From positions 64,001-128,000 of the forward strand of contig OZ223519.1 in assembly GCA_965140785.1 (NCBI GenBank): a DNA stretch of 64,000 bases. The letters are read 5' to 3'. Under the pieces are notes generated by a model. The model made no database searches, was not told where the DNA came from, and saw only the letters and a list, made by a program, of their open reading frames with translations. The stretch comes from an uncultured Ruficoccus sp. (GTDB taxonomy: Bacteria; Verrucomicrobiota; Verrucomicrobiia; Opitutales; Cerasicoccaceae). Shown here in pieces: positions 30,213-40,057 of this stretch (its first letter is position 1; each line of letters opens with the position of its first letter). The translations under genes and the position numbers were made by a program.

Positions 30213-31493
30213 CTACTCCAGATCAGATAGCAGTTCCTGCCGCGTGGGAAGTGTATCGAGATCGGAACGCTTCAGGCGAATGTGTAGAATTTGGCGCATT
30301 TGATGGTCAACAAATAACTCCAATTGATCGCCGTTCACCAGAAGGTCCGCATAGGAAAACATGGGTGTGGTTCCGCCCCAGCCATTCATCACCGCAGGCT
30401 CGCAGGCATTAATCGCTACAAGGCGTGGTTCGCTCCAAGAGAGGGAACCGTCCATTGAGAGAGCACACCACAGCTCCATCCGAGACTCATGGGCGAAGGG
30501 GTGTGTGATCGGCCCTTGCGGACGACTCTTATTATGAAAGAAGGCCACCAGCGTCTTATTGTCAGCTAAAGTAAAAATCATCGGTGGGGAATCTAGGTGC
30601 GAAAGCGGCGTTGGTTCGAACTCGCTCCAGTTCAGCCCCTCGTCGTCACTACGCGCCTGCCACAGTCGCCCCTCAGGTGTGCGGGCTATGAGCAGTACCT
30701 GTCCGCCCGGCAATAGGATCGGGCGGGCCTCGTCCATGCGATAGGTACCGGGACATTGCCAGCCATGGGGCCGGGCCTTTGGAAGCACCCGCCAGGAACG
30801 TCCTCGGTCCATGCTGCGCAGCAAATACTGAAGTGTAACCACATGATCGCCAGCTTCTGAGTGTGTCCAGCACGCGCAATGCGAGCCGACCAACCATGCT
30901 CCCCCCAGTGTCTCGCACATGCGCATGGCGGACATGCCGCCAAACCCAGGATCGTTCTCTGGGCGGATTAGAACCACGTCACCCCAGGTTCGGCCATCAT
31001 CATTTGAAAGCCGATAGCCAATCGGGGCATTTTCGCCGCCATTATAAAACGGGGGAATCGGCTCGGTCCCGAAAGCATAAATAGTAGAACTGTCAGACGG
31101 GACAAAAAGGATTGCCGCATGCATACTGTAGGGAACATCCCAGGCGATTTGTGCCGACGTCCATGTTTCGCCACGATCCGAAGATCGGTATTGATACATA
31201 CGATTGCCGACATTTTCACTCCCAGCCCAAGCATAATGCATCGGACCTGCCGCGTGCATCAGCAAAAAATCGCCATCCGGCGTAATAATACTTCGGGGGT
31301 GGCACACAAAATCGTCCAAGCAGATCCGACGAACAGTGAGTCCAGCTACCAAGGCAATACCGAGTTCAGTTTCCAAGTGCAAACAATCTGGTAAAGCTCG
31401 TATGTTAAATGTTCTTCCGGCAAGTGTGAGCGAATCCAGGCAGTTTATCTTCCTGGCGGAAGCTCGTGAATATTTTAAAGGAGAGTCAGACAT
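30213..31493 (-). CDS. Sialidase (GH33-like) Asp-box beta-propeller protein
   Basis: Five Asp-boxes: SSDRGETW, SNDDGRTW, SMDRGRSW, SDDEGLNW, SMDGSLSW; also HPR, DEAR and FSY. Start likely MSDSP at 31493. Confidence 0.82.
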   Translation of the reverse strand: MSDSPLKYSRASARKINCLDSLTLAGRTFNIRALPDCLHLETELGIALVAGLTVRRICLDDFVCHPRSIITPDGDFLLMHAAGPMHYAWAGSENVGNRMYQYRSSDRGETWTSAQIAWDVPYSMHAAILFVPSDSSTIYAFGTEPIPPFYNGGENAPIGYRLSNDDGRTWGDVVLIRPENDPGFGGMSAMRMCETLGGAWLVGSHCACWTHSEAGDHVVTLQYLLRSMDRGRSWRVLPKARPHGWQCPGTYRMDEARPILLPGGQVLLIARTPEGRLWQARSDDEGLNWSEFEPTPLSHLDSPPMIFTLADNKTLVAFFHNKSRPQGPITHPFAHESRMELWCALSMDGSLSWSEPRLVAINACEPAVMNGWGGTTPMFSYADLLVNGDQLELFVDHQMRQILHIRLKRSDLDTLPTRQELLSDLE

Positions 31494-31803
31494 GACGAAA
31501 AATTGGAGACCGGAAGCGGTTAAGAATGAAAGTAGGTCTGTTCGCCATACACCAAATGCTGAGACCGATTTCGATGGAACAGTGAAGGGTGTTTGCGAGC
31601 AATTTGCAACAGTTGCAGCCGACTTGGGCACGCAGACGAGCATTTCCGCGATGGGTCATTTGTCGCGCGATCTCCCACCGGGTTGGGGTACTCCAGCATG
31701 GCCAATCGGGTCGGCGAGATTAATGAAGGAGCTAGACATGGGAGACTATTATCTTAATCTTCATGCGTCCTTACATGCTTATACGTTCAAGGAATTTCCG
31801 GCT

Positions 31804-33189
31804 TTAGGTCTCAACAACGGCCCCGGTGTCAACGATTGCTCCGCCATCCCGCAACTGCGCCCGCAACTGATTAATATTAACAGAGCCGAAAGAGCCTCCA
31901 CTTCCTACGCTCATCACGGCCGCTATTCCAGCAGCTTCCCCCATCGCGTAACAGGGTGCCATTACGCGCAAGGGTCCAAGCACGTCCCGCTCCACGCTAA
32001 CAGCCCGGCCAGGACAAATCACATTCTCCACTGGTTTCGGTACCATGATCCGGTAAGGGATAGGGATCAGGTAGGGGGCTCTGACCTTATCCTCGTGCAA
32101 CGGTTGATGGCTAGGTTTCTGCGGGTCTGGAAGATCGAAGCTGTAGCCACTGAAACCAATGGTGTCAGGAAACTCTCGCTGCGCCATCACGTCTCCGACA
32201 GTGTAATAGTAATCACCTCGAATACGGCGCGTTTCTCGGACGCCCAACGACGGTGATATCTCGATGATCCGGCTGCCCTCGAAGCCGGGAAAATGCTTTT
32301 TCATGATCGCAAACAGGCGGTTCACCTGTGAGCGACCCTCCATGATTCCTCTTGAAATGGAGCGTCCGTCAGTACCATCCACCCCGCATATTCTGGTAGT
32401 ATTAATCATGAAAGTCCCCGGTTCCATGCCCTGTTGACTGATAAAAATATCGAAGTCAAACGGCCATTGTCCTCGCTCTCGCAGGTCATGGATCATCTCT
32501 TTCAGACGGATGGACGCATGCTCACGCATGTAATTCTCAAGCCTCGCTTGCTTTACACGGTCCACCCGGAATACCAGTGTGGCTGGCGTCATCAGACCAT
32601 CCGACTCACGGCCCTTGATGAAATCGCAATCCGAGCGGGCGGCGACATCAGCATCCCCCGTAGCGTCAACTACAGTCGTAGCCTTCACTGCCTGCAGGCC
32701 ACCTTTATTAAAAAAGACCACGTGACTGACACGTTGTGTCTCAACAACTACGTCTACAAAGCTAGTAAAAAAAAGAACGTCCACACCGGCCTCAATCATC
32801 TTTTCATCGAGCAGACAAACCATAGACCGTGCTTCAAAGTAAAAGCCGACCGCTAGGTCACCGGAGGCCCAGCCGTAAGGCTGGTACATCTGGTTGGGGA
32901 TGGAAGAGGGATCTAGGCCGCCTCCCTGGGCGATCAGATCGTCGGTAATCTCTCGAAAAATGCCTCCAATGCAGGGGCAGCCACCTCGGCGCGTTCTTCC
33001 GCCCAGCAGGCTGGTCACCCCCGCGCTGGTGCCGACCCCACCGAGTTGCCCGGTGCTTTCCAGCAGCAATACCCGCGCCCCATAACGCGCAGCGGACAGA
33101 GCTGCTGGAATGCCCGATGGTCCTCCACCACAAACGACGACGTCATATTGTTCAATGATAGGGATGGGGCCAAGCTTTTCAATATTCAT
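31804..33189 (-). CDS. FAD-dependent oxidoreductase (FAD_oxidored family)
   Basis: YDVVVCGGGPSG, VDATGDADVA, GVRETRRI, IPYR.MVP and LRVMAPCYAMGEAAG. Confidence 0.9.
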   Translation of the reverse strand: MNIEKLGPIPIIEQYDVVVCGGGPSGIPAALSAARYGARVLLLESTGQLGGVGTSAGVTSLLGGRTRRGGCPCIGGIFREITDDLIAQGGGLDPSSIPNQMYQPYGWASGDLAVGFYFEARSMVCLLDEKMIEAGVDVLFFTSFVDVVVETQRVSHVVFFNKGGLQAVKATTVVDATGDADVAARSDCDFIKGRESDGLMTPATLVFRVDRVKQARLENYMREHASIRLKEMIHDLRERGQWPFDFDIFISQQGMEPGTFMINTTRICGVDGTDGRSISRGIMEGRSQVNRLFAIMKKHFPGFEGSRIIEISPSLGVRETRRIRGDYYYTVGDVMAQREFPDTIGFSGYSFDLPDPQKPSHQPLHEDKVRAPYLIPIPYRIMVPKPVENVICPGRAVSVERDVLGPLRVMAPCYAMGEAAGIAAVMSVGSGGSFGSVNINQLRAQLRDGGAIVDTGAVVET

Positions 33190-33241
33190 AATGATACTTC
33201 AGATGAATCTAGTTTACTTGCCATCATTAATTGAATGTTTC

Positions 33242-35751
33242 TTATTTATAAATGATTTCAAAAAACGGCGTGCAGTATTTCAGTTGGGAGGTGTTAATAT
33301 TAAGTTTCAACCCTTCCGGTAATTGCTCTGCGGGAACTTCTTGTGCACGAGTGCCATCGAGGTTCAACGCATAAACGGCTGGTGTATTGTTTCGGTTATT
33401 TGCGAGTGCCAAAGAAAACTCGCCAGTTTTCATCAACAATGGTGCTGTTCCTACTGTAAGCAGGCGATTACCATTTGAGTTGGTAGTCATTCCTGTGTTT
33501 ACGCAGTCGGTAGATATTACCAATAGCATATGATTTGTTTCTGTAAGGTCTTTTTCGGTATCAAGAGAGATAATGCTTATCGCGGCGGGCGTAGAGCAGT
33601 TTTTCACCAATAAACAGCCAATTTTAACAGGTCGGTTTTCTTTTATAACAGCGCCTTCGAGACGAGGGGTCTTTGCCTGCATGGTTCCTGTAGAAGTATT
33701 TAGGATAAGTTGTTCGGTTTCGCTCTCGAAAATATTCTTATCTAGATTCGTTTTATTATTTTCGGATAGTATGCCAAGCTTTCTTAGATCACGGACTATT
33801 TTGCGGGAAATTTCAGGAATTTGTGAATTCTCAATAGTAGTGACTGCTTCCACGCTCATTCCTGCTGCTCTGGCGAAATGGCGGGGAACAATTTCTAGAT
33901 CTGCTTGAATATTGGCAAAATTATTCCCATGGGAGCTTTGAGAATATCGCATGCCAACTTTTGTTAATAAAAAAGTTTTGGTGTATTCAATAGACAGGGC
34001 ATCTAGGCGGTTCGCGGATTCAAGAATTTTCGGTGTCACTAAAAATTCGACATTATGCTTAGCAGTTTCAACGTCGCCCCGCAAAAAACCAAACACATTA
34101 ACAACATCCGATGCGCGGTAAATGGGATCACGATAGTCTGAATAAAAATGAGGCTTTAATGGTGAGAAATGATCATTAACAATTAACATGCTTCCATGCG
34201 GCTGCAAGACGTCAATCCCGTTTAATGCAGAGTATGAGGCGACGAAAAGTCCAGCTTCATGGCGGTAAGGATTTGGTATAACGTCGGCATATTCCATGAT
34301 CATGCATGGAGCGTTAATATTTCGTTTAGACAGAATGCGGGCTAGATATTTTCCGTTGTCCGCGATGCTACTTTGAGTGCTTATAGCAATTTCACGGTTG
34401 CCGATAGTTTTGTATCCAGGAACAGAACTGCCCTTACGTGGTAAGCCGGGATGACCATGGTAAGAATGCAATGATATAACATCCATATCTGCCCATCCCG
34501 GGGCATCAATCATACGCATGTATAAATCCCAATTAGTGACAAGCCCTTTGTAGCCCACTTTGCGAATAGTATTGATGTAAAATTGGTTCATGTCCTCAAT
34601 TTTTTCGAGCATGAAATCGGCCGCTTCACAGCCATCTGCTGAGTCGCTCTTTAGCAGTTTTTCACTGAGCTTTGGTGCATTGGGGCCGTAGAACTGTTGC
34701 CAGTCAGGCTCGAACGCGCTCAAGTACGACGGCGTCACCCGAAAATCCTGCTCATTCATAAAGAGCATACAGGCAAAGACGGGGTCGTCTTTCCACTTTT
34801 TTCCATTAACGGTGTTAGTTCGATTGAGGAGATAAGTTATGCCCGCTTTCCAGTTTTGACGAAACTCCTCGTTGACATAAAGCTGAGCATTAAATTCCTT
34901 TCCTTGAAGATCTTTGCCTACCCAATGCCCTGGTTGTTGCGCATCCGTCCAGCCAGCAAAGGATGCCATGATATCAAAATAAACATAGATTCCACGTTTT
35001 CCTAATTCTTCCAATATGTAGTCGAATCTTTGCAATCTTTCTTCGTCGAAATATTCACGAAAATCTTCCTCGTTCTGAGGGATGAAAGATACATCTTCAA
35101 TGGTTACGCCATAACGATAGTATTTTGACTTTTTAAAAACCGGTCCATGGAAGCGAACCATATTATAACCTTGTAACATTAGATTATTGATGTAGTTGTC
35201 AATGAAGCCCTTGCCGATATTCGTTCTAAATGGAAAACTGCACGAACGGAAACGTACCGGTGTGCTAAGGTCATCTTCAAATGCCAGCTTTCCCTCTTTA
35301 TTGATGGTGAGTCGACCCTTCTCACCGGCTGGTACGCGCACCGGAATATTGCTGAAATCCAGTGCGCTTCCCTTTTTGATAGGAAGGAAATTACCATTAG
35401 AATTCCCCATATAGACTGGTCGCCAGTTTTTTCCGGGAAGGTATTGGACGACTTGATTTCCGTAAGGCAATATCCCGGTATCGTCCGCATACAGTTCTGG
35501 GGCTTCCAAGATTGTGTTAGGCGGAAGAGTTAGTGTGATCTCTGAAGAGTAACCCAATGAGGATGGCTCAATTACAAAGGGAAAAACTACTTTATTCCAT
35601 ACGCTACTAAGTAGAAAATCATGGCCAAATGGTTGAATGCTTGCTGGTTTGGTGTCGATTTTCACGACTGCAGGTGAAGCATTTTTGGCCCAGAAGCATA
35701 GCGAGTACACTTTACCGAGCTTAATTTTATTACCGGGTATTTTCAGCGAGA
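33242..35751 (-). pseudogene. 5'-truncated clan GH-A-like glycoside hydrolase with N-terminal CBM-like remnant
   Basis: GYNMVRFH, RFDYILEELGKRGIY, FMNEQD (acid/base-like) and IMEY (nucleophile-like). The apparent start GTG at 35764 lies inside the IS left IR, so the native 5' end is missing. Confidence 0.7.
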
Positions 35752-35817
35752 TGACCGTGTCCACTTAAACTGTGCCACTTGCAAAGTTAGTCTGAGTGCT
35801 TAGAAAGGACTCAGACG

Positions 35818-36084
35818 ATGAAAGGCAAGCGATACAGTACAGAGCAAAAAATCCGCATTTTACGCGCCGCTGATGCTGGCAGAGCGATCGTGGATGTCTG
35901 CCGCGAGGCAGGGATCAGCGAGCAGACGTTCCACCGCTGGAAGCGGGAGCTTGGGATGCTGGAAGTCGATCAGGCCAAGCAACTGAAGGAACTGCAAAAG
36001 GAGAACGCTCGGCTGAAGCGTATGCTGGCGGACGAGATACTTGGTAAGGAGCTGCTGAAGGAGGCGCTCGAAAAAAAATGGTAA
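35818..36084 (+). CDS. IS3 transposase OrfA
   Basis: MKGKRYSTEQKIRIL...VCREAGISEQTFHRWKR...ENARLKRMLAD: HTH plus leucine zipper. Confidence 0.93.
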   Translation: MKGKRYSTEQKIRILRAADAGRAIVDVCREAGISEQTFHRWKRELGMLEVDQAKQLKELQKENARLKRMLADEILGKELLKEALEKKW

Positions 36085-37019
36085 GCCCTGCACACAAGCG
36101 CGAGATGGCGCAAACTCTGGTGTCGCAGGGCAGATGTTCAGCGCGGGCGGCCTGCCGTCACTTTGGGTTGCATCGCAGTACCTTCGGCTATCAGGCGAAG
36201 GAGACTACGCCCTGGTTGGCAAAGTTACGTGGGGCTTTGCGTCGCAAGAGCGAAGCGCATCCCGAGCTGGGTTACCCGAAAATCACTCATCTACTCAAGC
36301 GCGATGGTTGGGACGTAGGTAAGCGGCTGGTGCAGCGCCTGCGCCAGGAGATGGGGCTGAAGTGTCCGACTAAGAAGCCTCGTCAGCGTCGGCGCGGCCC
36401 CTCGACGGGCTTACCGACAAAGGCTACTCATCGCAACCACGTGTGGACCTGCGACTTCGTGGCCGACCGTACGGCTAAGGGCGGATCAATCCGCATGCTC
36501 ACGGTACTCGATGAGTACACCCGTGAGTGCCTGTGCATCCACGTCGATCGCCACCTCAACGCCGCCAAGGTGCGAGCCGTCATGAGCGAGTTGATCAGTG
36601 CCTACGGCAGCCCCGAGCACATCCGTAGCGACAACGGCAGCGAGTTTATCGAGAAGAGCCTGCGTAAATGGTACGCGGACGAGGAGATCAAGACGCTCTA
36701 CATTGAGCCGGGCAGTCCCTGGCAGAACGGCTACATAGAATCCTTCAACGGCAGACTCCGCGATGAGTGCCTCAACCGCGAGTGGTTTTATACGCTCACC
36801 GAGGCACGCGTGGTCATTGAGGACTGGAGGTGGAAATACAACAACATCCGCCCGCACCGTTCACTCGGACTGCTCACGCCGCTCGAGTTTGCAGCCAAAG
36901 AAACCGCACCAACCCCCTTCGACATCAACTTCCAAGGCATGGGCTACACTCGGGCTACGCCCTCCTTCCGCCCAAGCCTTGACACCCTCTACAACCTAAC
37001 CCTAGAATCACATCATTAA
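36078..37019 (+). CDS. IS3 transposase OrfB (DDE), -1 frame relative to OrfA
   Basis: WTCDF...LDEYTRE...RSDNGSEF...PWQNGYIESFNGRLRDE...YNNIRPHRSLG. Confidence 0.93.
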   Translation: MVSPAHKREMAQTLVSQGRCSARAACRHFGLHRSTFGYQAKETTPWLAKLRGALRRKSEAHPELGYPKITHLLKRDGWDVGKRLVQRLRQEMGLKCPTKKPRQRRRGPSTGLPTKATHRNHVWTCDFVADRTAKGGSIRMLTVLDEYTRECLCIHVDRHLNAAKVRAVMSELISAYGSPEHIRSDNGSEFIEKSLRKWYADEEIKTLYIEPGSPWQNGYIESFNGRLRDECLNREWFYTLTEARVVIEDWRWKYNNIRPHRSLGLLTPLEFAAKETAPTPFDINFQGMGYTRATPSFRPSLDTLYNLTLESHH

Positions 37020-37067
37020 CCCGCTCAGACTAACTCTCAATGCGGTACAGTTTGCGTAGGCAGGTCA

Positions 37068-38240
37068 CGGGTAAACCGATCGTTGATGTCTGCCGCGAGG
37101 CAGGGATCAGTGAGCAGACGTTCCACCGCTGGAAGCGTGAGCTTGGGATGTTGGAAGTTGACCAGGCCAAGCAGTTGAAGGAACTGCTGAAGGAGGCTCT
37201 CGAAAAAAAAATGGTAAGCCCTGCACACAAGCGCGAGATGGCGCAAACTCTGGTGTCGCAGGGCAGATGTTCAGCGCGGGCGGCCTGCCGTCACTTTGGG
37301 TTGCATCGAAGCACGTTTGGCTATCAGGCGAAGGAAGCTGCCCCTTGGTTGGCAAGGTTACGTGGAGCTTTGCGTCGCAAGAGCGAAGCGCATCCCGAGC
37401 TGGGTTACCCGAAAATCACGCGCCTGCTGAAAAAGGACGGCTGGGATATCGGTAAACGGCTGGTGCAGCGCCTGCGTCAGGAGATGGGGCTGAAGTGTCC
37501 GACCAAGAAGCCACGTCAGCGTCGGCGTGGTCCCTCGACGGGCTTGCCGACAAAGGCCACGCACCAGGGCCACGTGTGGACCTGCGACTTTGTTGCGGAC
37601 CGCACGGCTAAGGGTGGCTCCATCCGCATGCTCACGGTGCTCGACGAGTTTACCCGCGTACCGAACTGAGGCGAAGCCTCGGTGACAAAGCGCAGCGCCC
37701 ATGCCTGTGCATCCATGTGGATCGCCACCTCAACGCCGCCAAGGTGCGGGCCGTCATGAGTGAGTTGATCAGTGCCTACGGCAGCCCCGAGCACATTCGC
37801 TCCGACAACGGTTCGGAGTTTATCGAGAAGAGTCTGCGGGGTTGGTATGCCGACGAGGGCATCAAGACACTCTACATCGAACCGGGCAGCCCCTGGCAAA
37901 ACGGCTACATCTAGTCCTTCAACGGACGACTACGCGACGAGTGTCTCAACCGCGAGTGGTTTTACACGCTCACCGAGGCACGCGTTGTCATCGAAGATTG
38001 GCGCTGGAAGTATAACAACATCCGCCCGCATCGTTCTCTCGGACTGCTCACGCCACTTGAGTTTGCAGCAAAAGAAACAGCACCAGAACTCTTCGAAACC
38101 AACCTCCAAGGCATGGGCTACACTCGGGCTACGCCCTCCTTCCGCCCATGCCTTGATACCCTCTACAACCGAACACTCAATCACATCATTAATCCGCTCA
38201 GACTAACTCTCAATGCGGTACAGTTTGCGTAGGCAGGTTA
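37068..38240 (+). mobile_element. Degenerate IS3 copy 2 (left end missing)
   Basis: Begins mid-orfA directly after the IRR of copy 1. Has a ~60-bp deletion in orfA, a 43-nt insertion at 37659-37701, a TAG stop at ~37912, and an IRR ending ...GCAGGTTA. Confidence 0.92.
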
Positions 38241-38404
38241 GGTGTTTTTTCTAAAACATATTGTTCGATTTCTTTGCCGAAATAATTCTGACACTTGTCA
38301 CAAACCTTTCCTTTGAGCACTAAATCATCGTTTCCGAGTGACTCAGGAATAATATGCTCAATCGTTGAGAAAGGGCCATCGGCTTTGCAAAAAACGCATT
38401 TCAT
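38241..38404 (-). pseudogene. HNH endonuclease N-terminal fragment truncated by IS3 copy 2
   Basis: MKCVFC...EHIIPESLGN...VCDKCQNYFG is HNH_5-like; the frame runs into the IS right end. Confidence 0.75.
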
Positions 38405-38595
38405 GCTTGGACCTAATCTTTAAGAGCGATTCCCATCCAGTGCTTCGCGTAGCATGTTCAGATGATGTATGGTGGTCAAGTTTGGTGTTGAATTGTTACC
38501 GTTTGTTTGAACAGCGGAGACTCTGCATACCCCATACCTCCAAGACTGTTGATTTAGCTGGGCCGATTCTGAGGTGGTTTTCAGAAAAAGGGCCG

Positions 38596-39043
38596 GGATT
38601 TTTGGCGGGGGCATTGGGGCTGTGGAAGGGGGCGATTCTGGCGGTTGAAACTCAGAATACGGCTTTTGGAAGCGGGGTTGCGTAAGCTTTTGCTGGCAGC
38701 CACTTACAAAAAATCCCGCTCGGTGTGCGAGGCGGGATTTTTTGTGGCAGGGGTGGTCGGTGTGCCCGCGACAGGAAAAAGATGGGGTGGCAAGCGGGAC
38801 CGTCTTCGGAGGAATTCACGCAGTTCGGCGCCCCTTTCCGAACTCTCTTCAGACCTTTTATCGTTTCAGGGCCATAAAAGCGTGTCGTATTGACTCAATT
38901 TTGGGTTTTGTCAGACAGCGACAAGCGTCTCCTTTCCATTTCTGGGTTGGGCCTCGCGATAATAGTAGTTCAGCAAGTCTCCCAGCTGTGCGTGCTGGCT
39001 GACGCACTGCCTGTCACTTTTACAAATAGCTGAGGATTTATCG
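38596..39043 (-). mobile_element. 3' remnant of a second rve transposase element with its long non-coding flank
   Basis: 38783-39043 aligns with 28806-29044 (...LG.LLNYY.REAQPE...). 38596-38790 aligns with 17690-17882. Carries a 24-nt insertion at 38986-39009. Confidence 0.85.
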
Positions 39044-39048
39044 ACCTT

Positions 39049-40040
39049 AGCGGGAGTGTAGCCCATGTCCTGGAAGTTGATTTCGAAGAAGTCTGGTGCG
39101 GTTTCTTTTGCTGCAAACTCGAGCGGCGTGAGCAGTCCGATGGAACGGTGCGGACGGATGTTGTTGTACTGGGCGCTTCGCTAGTGTCGTCGTTACGCTC
39201 CTCGGTAGTCGGAGCGGATGTGCTCGGGGCTGCCATAGGCACTGATCAGTTCGCTCATGACGGCTCTGACTTTGGCGGTGTTGAGGTAGCGATCAACATG
39301 GATGCACAGACATGGGCGCTGCGCTTTGTCACCGAGGCTTCGCCTCAGTTCGGTACGCGGGTGTACTCGTCGAGCACAGTGAGCATGCGGATAGATTCGC
39401 CTTTGGCCGTGTGATCGGCCACTACCGAGCGCGGAGCGCGACATGACCACAAGAAAACAAGTCGCAGGTCCACACGTGGTTGCGATGAGTAGCCTTCATC
39501 GGTAAGCCCGTCGAGGGACCGTGCCGACGCTGACGAGGCTTCTTGGTCGGACACTTCAGCCCCATCTTTTGGCGCAGAGGTTGCGCCATCTCGCGCTTGT
39601 GTGCAGGGCTTATCGAGTCCGCGAGGCAGGACTCGCCATTTTCTCCGAGCGCCTCCTTCAGAAGCTTCTTGCCCAGTATCTCGTCGGCTAGCATGCGCTT
39701 CAGCCGTGCGTGTCAGGCCTTCTCGCTACGCTCGTGAACTCCTTTTGCAGTTCCTTCAGTTGCTTGGCCTGATCGACTTCCAGCATCCCAAGTGTCTTCG
39801 CTTTCGCTCGAGTGTCGCCGTGCCAATCGGCACAGGCTTGGTACGCGTTTCCAGCGGTGGAACGTCTGCTCGCTGATCCCCCGCCTCTCGGCAGACATCA
39901 ACGATCGATTGGCCCGCATCAGCGGCCCGTAATAGGCGGATCTTTTGTTCGGTACTGTATCGCTTGCCTTTCATCGTCTGAGTCCTTTCTAAGCACTCAG
40001 ACTAACTTTGCAAGCGGACCAGTTTAAGTGGACACGGTCA
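39049..40040 (-). mobile_element. Heavily degenerate IS3 copy 3 with six short insertions and two internal deletions
   Basis: IRL TGACCGTGTCCACTTAAACT at 40040. Aligns piecewise to copy 1; right end missing. Confidence 0.92.
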
Positions 40041-40057
40041 ATAATCGTCTTGTTGTC

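Larger units (their letters stand above)
35752..37067 (+). mobile_element. Intact IS3-family insertion sequence (1316 bp)
   Basis: TG...CA ends with imperfect IRs (TGACCGTGTCCACTTAAACTGTGCCAC vs TGACCTGCCTACGCAAACTGTACCGC); orfA and orfB; A8 slippery site at ~36071. No target duplication seen. Confidence 0.95.

Noticed and set aside
35791..35815. Hairpins covering the orfA RBS (also at ~14770-14798)
   Set aside because: Known IS3-family feature that limits expression from read-through transcripts; not novel.
36071..36084. orfA/orfB frame break in IS3 copy 1
   Set aside because: Normal programmed -1 frameshift site of IS3 elements, not a lesion.
39170..39843. Repeated short motifs considered as a CRISPR array
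   Set aside because: No constant repeat or regular spacing, and the intervening DNA is IS3 sequence. No cas genes in the window.
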